Positions 53,911-64,000 of a DNA stretch of 64,000 bases are shown here, piece by piece (position 1 is the first letter of the stretch; each line of letters opens with the position of its first letter). The translations under genes were made by a program, and so were the position numbers. The notes under the pieces were generated by a model. That model saw nothing but the letters and a program-made list of their open reading frames with translations, was not told where the DNA came from and did not search any database. The DNA is from Torpedo marmorata (lineage: Eukaryota). The stretch spans positions 16,306,001 through 16,370,000 of the forward strand of contig OZ360247.1 of NCBI GenBank assembly GCA_977017645.1. The letters run 5' to 3'.

Positions 53911-54182
53911 AAAGCGCAAAGGCTGAGAATACAATAAACTGGATGACGGCAAAGGGAGGAAGGAAGAAACGTTGTCCGTACACGAAGCACCAGACGCTGG
54001 AGCTGGAAAAGGAGTTCCTCTTTAACATGTATTTGACTCGAGAGCGCCGCCTGGAGATCAGTCGGAGTGTGAATCTAACCGACAGGCAGGTCAAAATCTG
54101 GTTTCAAAACAGAAGAATGAAGCTGAAAAAGATGAGCCGAGAGCATAGAATTCGAGAAATATCAACTACTTTCCCCATCTGA
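53911..54182 (+). CDS. hoxb10: Homeobox protein Hox-B10, exon 2 (homeodomain)
   Basis: Polypyrimidine tract plus ACAG acceptor at 53910. Encodes [69 protein letters not shown], a paralog-group-10 homeodomain. Stop TGA 54180-54182. Spliced CDS is 966 nt (321 aa). Confidence 0.93.
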
Positions 54183-55152
54183 TAAAGGTTTTAATTAAAG
54201 GAGAGACGATGGGCGATCTCATTGAGGAAATCCGAATGCTACGACAACATTGAAGGTGGGGAAAGGCTGGAGGGGATATTTGATAGTTATGGGGAGCAGT
54301 TGCAAGTTCAGGTGCAGTCGCTAGAACCATTTGGAGCCACATAGCTTAGGGAGATGATGGGATAGGAGCTGGTAATTTCAACGTAATGGGCGTACTCTCT
54401 AAAAATAAAATGAACAAACACAGAAGACTGATTTGGTGTCCTTAGTTATGACGTAATAAGTCGAGAAGTCAATAACACATCTGGCTTGTTTTATACATCT
54501 GTTCTTTTTTGGTGCATATAAACTATTTTTATTTTAATCCTGCATTGTCTTTATTATGCTTAAAAGACATTATTTTAAGGAAACTTCCAACAATTGAAGG
54601 GTAATAGAGGAATCGGCGGTTATTGGAGTACATCTGACATATTTTACCCGCAAGAATACCTGGTGTTTTAATAGCTCGCCATATTTCGTGATGAAGACTC
54701 ATCAACATGGCACGAAATATGGCGAGCTATTGATTGGTGATTATGCAAGAGATTCGATTCACCAGAATAAATGAGTTGTATTTTTCACTTACACTCTCTT
54801 CAATCTTCTTTTTATCTTTTAATTATTTGGGAGAACGGAAAGATAAAAAGTATGTCATCAATCAGTTTGTAGGATAAGCGAGGGACACTGGTCATTGAGT
54901 GGGCATTAATTTAAAGCGATACAAATTGTGTAATTATTTCAGTTGTTTTTATGTTCTTTCGATTGATAATGTTTTTAAATGCCAAGAATACATTTGCTCA
55001 TCAATAAATTTTCCTGGATGAATCCACATATAACCCAATATTGCCCACAAAGTTGAATAGACGTGCCTGTGATAATGGAACTATGAAGTATTGCATGCCC
55101 TTTTAATTACGATTTTAACACAAGCCGCCAAGCTACATTAAAGTGGCCTTCA

Positions 55153-55345
55153 GGACATAAGAAATAGGACTAGGCCATTAGCCTCTTACGCCTGCTCCAT
55201 TCAATGAGGCGATCCTTCATCCCAGCACACTTTTCTGCACTAACCGCAGATCCTTGATTCCCTTAATATCCAAATCTGTATTGACTTCCGCCGAGAATAT
55301 ACTCAGCGACCTGATCTCCATAGCTCTCTTGGGGAGAGAATTCTA
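55153..55345 (-). mobile_element. Degenerate CR1 3' end downstream of HoxB10
   Basis: Similar to the CR1 tail at 28707-28915 (taggcca...gatccttgattcccttaatatccaa...agagaattc). Confidence 0.6.
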
Positions 55346-57527
55346 AACAAAAAATCACTTTGGGATCATGTTGTAGAGGTTAACAAAATATTCTATAATT
55401 GTCTCAATTCAAAAATAATGTTTAACGTCTGGAGATTTCTATTAAATCGGATTTTGCGGAGCAGGCAAACATTAATTGAAAGCATATCAGTAGAAAGGAG
55501 CAAGCAGCCAGATTGGACTCATCGTGATATAAATAGTAACTATCCCTTTTTTTTTTACTGGCCGTGTTTCTTTCATTTAGTTAAAGAGGCCAAAATTATT
55601 CAGGAATAAACCCACACCTGGCTCGTATCCCCTAAACAGAAACAATTTGTAAAGACTCTCGGTAGCTATTAATTTCATTTTTATTGCAAACTGCTGTTGA
55701 CCTATACTTTCCCTCTCCCCCCTCCCCCCCTCCTCCCCACTCCTCCTCCCCCCCCCACCACTTTCAGTCTGCTCCACCCCGTGAATCTGGAATAAAGCAT
55801 CTCAACCAAACATAATGCAATTCGAGAAACTAATAAATTAAAACGAAATTGGAATTGCAGTTGCAGATTAATTACATTGGCAAATTAAATTAGGTACACA
55901 CAATGGCATTAGAAAAGCAACACCCATTTAAGGATCTGCATTTCCTTTGAATATCTGTTGTAGTAATAATGTGACCATACAGCAATATATCATAGTTCAG
56001 CATATAACATACGATCGGTGTCGATTCTGCCTCTTTCTCCTATGGTGAACATTATGCTTAAACTGTGTTTGTACAAAGAAATAAAATGTCTTTAAATGCT
56101 CATCAAAATGTCTTACATTTAATACATACAAAAAATAACGATCCGTCGTCTCAATTAGTTTTCATGCGGTGGAGGTTTGTCAGATACGGTATGTTCGACG
56201 TTGGAATAAAATGTAATATTTATTTTTAAAATAATGTAAAGAGAATTGTTGTACCAAAGATTATTAACGTTGTGGCCATTGCATCGTGTTATCAAGCACA
56301 CTGAACACCGCAGAATGCCCATGTAGGAGAGAAGGACGAAAAGAACTGGTAATATTTAAACAACATGAAAATCTACCCCCTAAGTGTTTAGTTGAAGTGT
56401 TTCGTTTTTATGTTGGTCAACAGGGGTGAACTAGACTTCTTTTCTAAAGCATGTTCTGTATATTTCACGGCTTGAAGCCGTTGCATAATTTCCTAGACCT
56501 TGTTGCAGGTCAATATCAAAACGCAAATAAAAAATAATAAAATTGTGCTCTTCCGGTTTTGTGTAGTTTCTATATATATTGTTATTCAACGTTTTCAAAT
56601 CTATTTAACTTTATTGAGGCTATTAACTCACCAGTGCTCTCCCTTGAAGTCTGGCTCGCGTATAGCATGCACGGTGGTTGGCTGATTGTGAACCCGTGAA
56701 ATTGACCTGAAATGGGCAACTTGGTAGTTGAGCGGAAAAAAGTCAGAGAATTCAGATTTTCCCAGCCCTAAAGAAACCGCTTTCATTACGAAATGTATTT
56801 GGTATCCGGTGTCGGTGATTTAAATACCATCGAGACGGTCGTAATCTGACTGTGGGTACCGACGATGCTCCACGGTCGAATACGTCTGCCTTTGTAAAGT
56901 TTTATGACTGTTAAATGTGTTTGGCAAGTTGCTGTCCTGTAGGACTTGTTGGACTTGGGCAGTTTGGCTATGAACGGCACCCCGCAAGACATGGCTTTGA
57001 GATCAGGAAAATGGTCACTCTTTTCTTTTCTTGAAAACCTCGCTAACTTGGCTTTCAAGATTTTGGGAAACACGAGGAAAATGGTAGGACTTTGTTGTCA
57101 CGTTAACTGTGCTCTGCCGGCGACCTTTTGTACGGCTGGTTACAGAGACGTTGACTTGGTTAAAAAAAATATAACGTTTAGCTTTTCCAATTTTTTTGAT
57201 GCAACAGTTCAGCGACGAGATGTAAAGTAACATGGTGATCCATCCCCGCGGCATTGAAGCCATACGGTGAATTTTGTGGCTACTTATTTTGACTCTTGCA
57301 GGGCACAAGGGCAAGATCAAAATAGTGCGAAATAATTATGTAGACAGGGTTTCTGCGCAGTCATTGACTGTGAGATATTTAATAATCTTCTCGTCACATT
57401 TCTTATACGTAGTTACTTTTACCATTTAATTTTTAATTGATCACATCCAGTTAAATAACTTTTCGCGACGTTGGTCTTTAATTTACTGTTCCACTTATTC
57501 GGTCCAGACTTTGGCGCCAGCGAAATT

Positions 57528-57612
57528 GAACTGTCGAGTGACTTAGGTAGTTTCATGTTGTTGGGCTTCTGTTTGATCGCAGTGACAAGAAACTGCCTGA
57601 ATCACTCCAGTT
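57528..57612 (+). ncRNA. mir196a: mir-196a precursor hairpin; mature miR-196a-5p at 57544-57565
   Basis: Exact TAGGTAGTTTCATGTTGTTGGG at 57544-57565, complementary 3' arm ACAAGAAACTGCCTGAATCAC, and the canonical position between Hox10 and Hox9. Confidence 0.97.
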
Positions 57613-58227
57613 ATTGTCATCGCAAACTTTTGGATTGTAATTAAAATGTGGAATCTCTGGCATTTGCTGCGAAGAAATGATATGTCCATATGTATTACCT
57701 TGGTGCAGAAGGTGGAACTAATAATGTCTTATGCGGATTGTTATTGAAGATTAACTGAAGTATAACACTATAATTACACCTCTGGGTATATTGTAACATA
57801 ATTTCTGTGCAAGCGTGTGTAAGCGCATGGCAACATTTGAACTGTTCTATTTCTGTATATTTTCATCAGAACTAAATATATAGTTTTGCAATTGCGTTAT
57901 AATGACAAAAGTAAACTGTTGGACTAATTTTTCTATTCCTGAAGATCTCGCAGCGTAGATAAATGGGGAAATGGACCAATAAGACAGACATACAAATAAC
58001 TGTAGATTGGAATTATCGAATCCTATCTGTGCAGTCATTGCTGAAATAAAAGAATTCATAACAGAATTTAGTAACAGAGAAGAATAATGTGGAACAGATA
58101 AACTGCATGATTAGTTTTATAGGGCACTGTCATTGTTCCATAAGGCAACTTGAACAGATTTAGATCATAATTCAAACAAAAGCAGATTTAACATATCCGT
58201 TTTCGAAGCAAAGCACGTTGCACGCAG

Positions 58228-58375
58228 CTAATCATAAGCTAACCACGCTAACCATCATAAACTAATCATAAGCTACCCATGCTAACCATCATAAACTAAT
58301 CATAAGCTAACCATCATAAACTAATCATAAACTAACCATGCTAACCATCATAAACTAATGATAAACTAACCATGC
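58228..58375. repeat. Irregular minisatellite built from CTAATCATAA(G/A) and CTAACCAT units (~34-bp period)
   Basis: Directly visible tandem units. Confidence 0.85.
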
Positions 58376-59842
58376 AGTAATAACATTTTATTTTCATTGA
58401 TACAATTTAACCAAGCACGTGCTTAGATGGATATTACTCAATCACCAATAATAATTGTTCAGAACTTCATACTGAACAAAAGAAGGCAGATCGATATTAC
58501 CCCAGGTGGGTATATCCAGCTATTTTTTTTAAATTAAAGCAACCAATTATTTAAGGGAATAATACTGCCTCAGATTGGACCATTTCCTTCCGACGATGAA
58601 GGTTTAGCGTATCTCTCGTCGCGTCGCTGTTTGATTAATTAGACTTAATTTTAAAGGTTTGTCAAAGTAGTCCACAACTCGTTGACTTTAACTGTCAGTT
58701 CGCAATCTGGTGTCCCTGTAGAAAATAGTATCGGCTCCTGCTTAAAACGCTCGCGTGGACACATCCAAATGCGTCACTGAGGCCGCCCAGTGATTCTGGA
58801 AGAGAATTAAATTAAGGGATGCTAATATCAATCAGACTTTAGATGGGTTTCATTGATGGGTTATAACTGTATGACTCACTTTTCCTCGTGTGTTGAATGT
58901 AATTTATCACAAACAAGCTTGATTTGTTTTCCTGTTCATCTGCATGGTTTCAATGCACTATTAAATGTACCGCGCAGGAAAGGACATTAGGAACTCGTTA
59001 TTGTTAAAGATGTCGGGCATTTGAAACTTCACATAAACTAATAGGGTTGCACGGTGTGTCAGTAGCTATGAGCGAATGACTTAATTTCTTGTACATTGAA
59101 GTCTGAGATAAACCTTTTTATTTCATTTTCAATGTTGCAATCTCACCCCGATGGCCTGCAGCGACCCCGAACGTCATGACTTTTCTTGTTCATGATGCTG
59201 GATGCTGCCAGAGACAATCGCCATTTTCGGTTGGCAGCGATCTGGAAATGTGGCTTAAAAGGCTTTAAAATATAACTGTGTCAATCTGGAAAGTACAAAA
59301 ATGCCGATTGATTTACACTGATTGACACATATAATATTATTACGGCTCCGTTATTCGGGTATTTACACTGTAAATTGAGCCATAATTTTCTTTGTCCTTT
59401 TGCAGTCTAATCATGATATTATGCGTGTTGTGCTCAAGTTAAAGTTTTCCTCCATTCTCTCACTTGACAACTATTAACTTTAGTATTTGAACAGTGTAAG
59501 ACTATTCGATTCGAAGATTTTTTAAAAACCAGGTTTTGTATATTTAATTGCCTTATTTTCAAAACAGGTCGTTGCAAATTACAATGATATTTCCAGAATT
59601 TCATAGTTCTGACTGCGCCAGTATTTTAAGAAAGTGGGTCTGTCTCCTTCAAGGTGATTTTAAACATGTGCACAGCAATAGCCTGGCTGATTGGCGGTTT
59701 TCATAATAAAAGGGCACCTACAAATATGAAAGTGTACCTCCCCGTGCTCTGAATGACCAGGAAAAATATTTCTGTTTTTACATATAAAATAGTTAATATT
59801 CTCACATGCTGTGCACTCGATGAACTCCAATTATTTTAGAAA

Positions 59843-60054
59843 ATACACAAAATGCTGGAAGAACTCAGCAGGTCACACTGCGCCAACAGGAGGTAAAGAT
59901 ATATAACCAACGCCTACCTTGAAGAAGGGCTCAGGCCTGAAACATTGGTTATATATAGTTTTACCTCCTATGGACGCTGCAAGACCGACTGAGTTCATCC
60001 AGCATTTTTATGTACAGTATTTACTACAATCACAGCGTCTGCAGACTTTCTTTT
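59843..60054. mobile_element. Penelope-derived inverted-repeat mini-element between mir-196 and HoxB9
   Basis: Two oppositely oriented copies of the PLE terminal sequence around a hammerhead-like core. 17-bp TSD TCCAATTATTTTAGAAA (59826-59842 and 60055-60071). Confidence 0.8.
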
Positions 60055-61480
60055 TCCAATTATTTTAGAAACCCACTTTTGCTGCAAGAAGAAATAAATG
60101 TCCATGAACTGAAACTCCTGAAGAATATATTGAGTAATTATACTTAACTGATGAAGTATAGACGATAATAACATTTTAACTTTGTTCCCTAGCTTCGATC
60201 AAATTGGATGCAGATAAAATGAGCCGCTTATTTCATAAAATACGTAACATTCATCAAAATATGTTAACGTGACATTTTTAGTCAGTTTTATGCTAACTTA
60301 CAGGCAACGCGGGATCTGGTTGTACAAGGTTTTTAAAAAAAATAAAGCTTTTCTTTTCAGTGTTTAGATCAGATAACATTCACGTTATATTTAAACTTAC
60401 ATGCCAGGACTTTATTAACATTCCATCAAACAATAATTAGACTTTGCGGTCGCTAAGTGGAAAACATTCTCAAATCGTTTTCTGTAGTTTTCCACAAAAC
60501 TTTTGAATGTATCGTGGAGGCAAATCAACATTTTTACTGAGGGTACAGGCACCGGGAAAACGACGTTACTTGTAATGTTATCCATGACAAGTGAATCAAG
60601 ATGCCAAGTAACACTCAAATTGATGCATATTTTCAAATATAAATCCCTGGAAAATGAGATTAAATTTTGTATTGATCTGGGCAAATATTTGCGCATTGGG
60701 CTCTTCGTGTTATGTTATTACGTATTGAAAAATACGTTAAAATGGAGAATATTTCTGGATTAAGATTGGAGAAGTTGTAATTATAATATTAACACATACA
60801 CAGATATTATCCCCAAGTTATAATTAATTAAAATACAAGAAATCTGCAGGGTTTCCTTTGGAAATCTGAAAGTCCATTGCCAATCATTAAAACGGCTCTA
60901 AATGTAAAGCATAAATGTTAATCAAATGGCACACGAATCGAATCAAATGAATGTTGAAGTATATTTAAATTGCTTTTATGCTAAGATTAAATAATACAGA
61001 TGAGATTTTATACAATGAAAGTTTGGCAAAATTGATTTGCAGTGCATATAGACAATTCGCCAAATAATCTTTTCCCTTCGGCGTAACATGTCCTGCGGGT
61101 TGACTTTGTACCAGCTGAATCCAACCGCGACTAGTTATTCCATCTCGCTTTCGTCATGGATGTGTAACAAAGTTAAACATTTTTATTTCTCCGGAATGAA
61201 TAACATTATGAAAGTGGTATGATAGGTTGGATGGCCGAACAATTTCCCACCAACTTAGTTCCTCACTTGACTTTGAATATTGCCCCTTTTTGAGGATTCC
61301 GCTGTGAATAGGGAAGAACCTGATCTGGCAATTTCCATTCATAAATTTTCTCCAGCTTCCGGATCCAAATAACTTTATTTCTGCAATTCATTCTCGTGGA
61401 AAACACGGCCTTCAAAATTGATAGAAAAGTCAACGAGAAAGGACGTGGCTTCAAGTTAACCAATTTTAACAATTCATGCA

Positions 61481-61586
61481 AAAATACTCCGAAATGCTGG
61501 AGGAACTCGGCCAGTCTTGAGTTTCTCCAGCATTTCAGTGTGTTTTTACTACAATCACAGCGTCTGCAGACTTTCGTGTTTCACTC
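61481..61586. mobile_element. Penelope-derived short foldback insertion ~1 kb upstream of HoxB9
   Basis: Inverted arms gaaatgctggaggaactc / gagtttctccagcatttc. 15-bp TSD TTAACAATT(C/A)ATGCA (61466-61480 and 61587-61601). Confidence 0.75.
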
Positions 61587-62364
61587 TTAACAATTAATGC
61601 ATATATTTAAATCATGTTACAGTAATTCGATCGTTCGCCGGGTGTACTGTGTGATTAAGTACAAACTTCCCACACTCCTTGGTTTTAGTCTTTTTGGGGA
61701 AGTAAAACGCGCAGCCCTATATATGGCAACGTCGTTAATGTAAGGATGAACTATAAAATATTAAATTCCAAACAAAATCAAGTTATGGAATAACAATAGG
61801 CTATATTTAAATTAATCGACTCCAATGATGCTCAATGCGAATTTTGATCAAATTAAAATATGATGGGGAAAAAGTAAAATATTGGCTTGTGGCGGGCTGT
61901 GATGAAAACGCTCACCAATATCTCTCTTGTGTGAAAATGTAAATACGAGAGTGCACACGAATTTCATTACCAACGCCAGATTGTTAATTCATACTTAGAC
62001 GTTCCAACCCGCTAACGTCGCTAATTTCTTGAACCAATCAAACAACAAAAAAACCCGCAAGAATTGTCTGGCACAATTATTGGGTTTAACAGTATTTTTA
62101 AAATGATATCGGTTTAAGATAATAACCGCAATAATCCGACGGTCGATTATGAGACCTGGTGTGGGAATTTGTCACACGAGATAAGATTAATTAACAAGCA
62201 AAGTAGTTCCTTTGAAAACTGTATTTTAAATTTTAATCTTAATTTACACTGTTACAGATTTTACACTTTATATGTTTAAATGCAGTAGCGTTCCTTGTTT
62301 AAGGCACAATTTCATCCCCAAAAGTATATAATCCGAGAGGCAATGTTAATTGTTTAACCCCCAT

Positions 62365-62425
62365 TGCGGATTGATTTACGTTTTATTGTCGCTTTGTCGG
62401 CCTCATGAAAACTTTAACCAATCGT
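62365..62425 (+). promoter_or_regulatory. HoxB9 proximal promoter motifs (PBX-posterior HOX site, Cdx/Hox site, CCAAT)
   Basis: TGATTTAC at 62372-62379, TTTTATTG at 62381-62388 and CCAAT at 62418-62422, within 170 bp of the ATG. Confidence 0.5.
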
Positions 62426-62538
62426 TTCGCAGATAGCCCACAACATATTAGCTAACTCTACTTTGTTAGTTGAGAAGTTGAGAGAACAATTTCTAGTCTT
62501 ATAATTTCCCAATGAATCGAGGTGTATGATGTTTAACA

Positions 62539-63055
62539 ATGTCGATGTCCGGTGCTATTAGTAACTATTTTGTCGATTCCCTTATAAGTAATGATAGCGA
62601 AGGGTCAGCTACAACAAAGTTAACTTCGGGGCAATATATAGTCTCCAGACAGCCGGGGCTTAGCGAACATCCCGACTTCACTGCTTGTAATTTTCAGACG
62701 AAATCTTCCGTGTTCGGCTCCTCCTGGACCCCACTTTACCCTCAGCCCTCTGCCAATGTGCCCACTTTGTACCATTCATATGCCCAGTCTCATCCCATCC
62801 CGCCTGAAAGCAGGTATACGCGGTCGTGGTTGGATTCGAGCTCCAGAACCGTGGCTATACCCGGGATAGCTTCCAGCGGTCACGATTCATTGAAAACTGA
62901 GCCCCTCGCGGGTCACAGCGGCCAACCCTTACCAGTGGCGCTCCAGAAATTGCATGGGGAATCCTTGGAGAGCGAAATCATGAGCTCCGGAAAAGCGCCA
63001 TGCTATGAAGACAGCTTATATGAAGAGAAAGGAGACAAAGAGGCACCAGAACAAA
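62539..63055 (+). CDS. hoxb9: Homeobox protein Hox-B9, exon 1
   Basis: MSMSGAISNYFVDSLIS...SGQYIVSRQPG...PPESRYTRSWL aligns with the HoxB9 N-terminus (MSISGTLSNYYVDSIIS...SRQPG...AESRYLRTWL). Phase-1 donor A|GTAAG at 63055/63056. Confidence 0.93.
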
Positions 63056-63164
63056 GTAAGTTGAACGTAAGATGCACTTAATTAATCCCAAAGAGGAAAT
63101 AGTTTACGAAATTCTTGTTACACTAATAAGGTTCTGATTAAATTCAGCTTGTCTCCAGTATAGT

Positions 63165-63310
63165 AACAGGCATTTATCTGATTTTTATAAGGCTTGCTAT
63201 TTTATGCGCCTCAGTTCTGTTTTATGGGTTCTACAAGTAACCACCTGCGAATCTTTAACGACGATCGTACCAGTTTATACTCCACCAGGCAATAACGGCA
63301 TAAATGCCTG
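63165..63310 (+). promoter_or_regulatory. Cluster of Cdx/posterior-Hox motifs in the HoxB9 intron
   Basis: TTTAT, TTTTATA, two TTTTATG and CATAAA within ~140 bp, typical of Hox intronic Cdx/HB1-like elements. Confidence 0.45.
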
Positions 63311-63370
63311 ACCATACGTTTTCCCCTTGTTATTTTTCTTTCTTTTCGTATCAATTTTCTGAAGAAGGTT

Positions 63371-63452
<82 letters not shown>
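63371..63452. repeat. (GA)n microsatellite in the HoxB9 intron
   Basis: Directly visible. Confidence 0.95.
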
Positions 63453-63456
<4 letters not shown>

Positions 63457-63771
63457 TGCATTGCTGCCGCCGTTTTAATTTTACGCCCCAATTTGCAAAC
63501 CTGGTGGCAGACAGCAAAAATAAATACATTGAAGCCTTCAGTAGACGCCCAGAGATTTGTAATTTTGTAATACAATTTACTGAAGAAAAAACACTGAGGA
63601 CTATGGCCAGAACACACGTACGTATTCACAGTTCTCAGGCCAATGAATGTTGTGGGAATATGTCCCCACATGCATTGCATTGTGAGAAGTGCATTTATGA
63701 AAACAGTTCGTATTACATTTCTTATTCTCGTCTGATTGCTTTTTCCTCTTCCCTTTCCAAATCATCTTCAG

Positions 63772-64000
63772 ACAATCCTTCAGCAAATTGGTTACACGCT
63801 CGCTCCACAAGGAAGAAACGATGTCCTTACAGCAAGTATCAGACCCTGGAGTTGGAGAAAGAATTTCTGTTCAGCATGTACCTCACCAGAGAACGGAGGC
63901 ACGAAGTGGCGCGTCTTCTGAACCTGACAGAGAGACAAGTCAAAATCTGGTTTCAGAACAGGAGGATGAAGATGAAAAGACTCAACAAGGAGCACATCAA
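63772..64000 (+). CDS. hoxb9: Homeobox protein Hox-B9, exon 2 (homeodomain; truncated by window end)
   Basis: Acceptor TTCAG at 63771. Translates [84 protein letters not shown] is diagnostic of HoxB9 (A9/C9/D9 have RRYEV). Not listed in the ORF track. Confidence 0.95.

Noticed and set aside
54183-55020. miR-196 target site in the HoxB10 3' UTR
   Set aside because: No ACTACCT seed match was seen on manual reading.
58228-58375. CRISPR-like array
   Set aside because: Vertebrate DNA, and the repeats are contiguous with no unique spacers.
46410-64000. Assignment to the HoxC (or HoxA/D) cluster
   Set aside because: The Hox9 protein has HoxB9-diagnostic NPSANWLH and RRHEVARLL plus a B9-like N-terminus, and no Hox11/12 was seen in 46 kb upstream.

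Overview
Eukaryotic (vertebrate) genomic DNA, most likely from a cartilaginous fish (ray or shark; inferred from the HE1/V-SINE-like, CR1, Rex-Babar and Penelope repeat set and an intact HoxB10). The window covers the posterior part of a HoxB cluster on the + strand: HoxB10 (exons 46410-47103 and 53911-54182, 321 aa), the mir-196a hairpin (~57528-57612) and HoxB9 (exon 1 62539-63055; exon 2 from 63772, running off the window end). No other Hox or host protein-coding gene was recognised in the first ~46 kb, as expected for the long HoxB13-HoxB10 interval. That stretch is packed with transposon relics: Rex-Babar, CR1 and L1/Tx1 LINEs, Penelope fragments, tRNA- and 5S-derived SINEs, a solo LTR, a hAT MITE and a DNA transposase remnant. 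There are four assembly gaps. The main points of interest are: hammerhead-ribozyme-like motifs in Penelope-derived mini-insertions; a 5'-inverted L1 with TSDs inside the HoxB10 intron; a 5S-rRNA-derived SINE; a triple-nested SINE>LTR>L1; a dense nuclear-receptor half-site cluster with a perfect DR0; a perfect hairpin downstream of the HoxB10 stop; and an unusually divergent HoxB9 homeodomain. I found no convincing evidence of a wholly new protein-coding system. Most short ORFs in the track are spurious or TE-derived.
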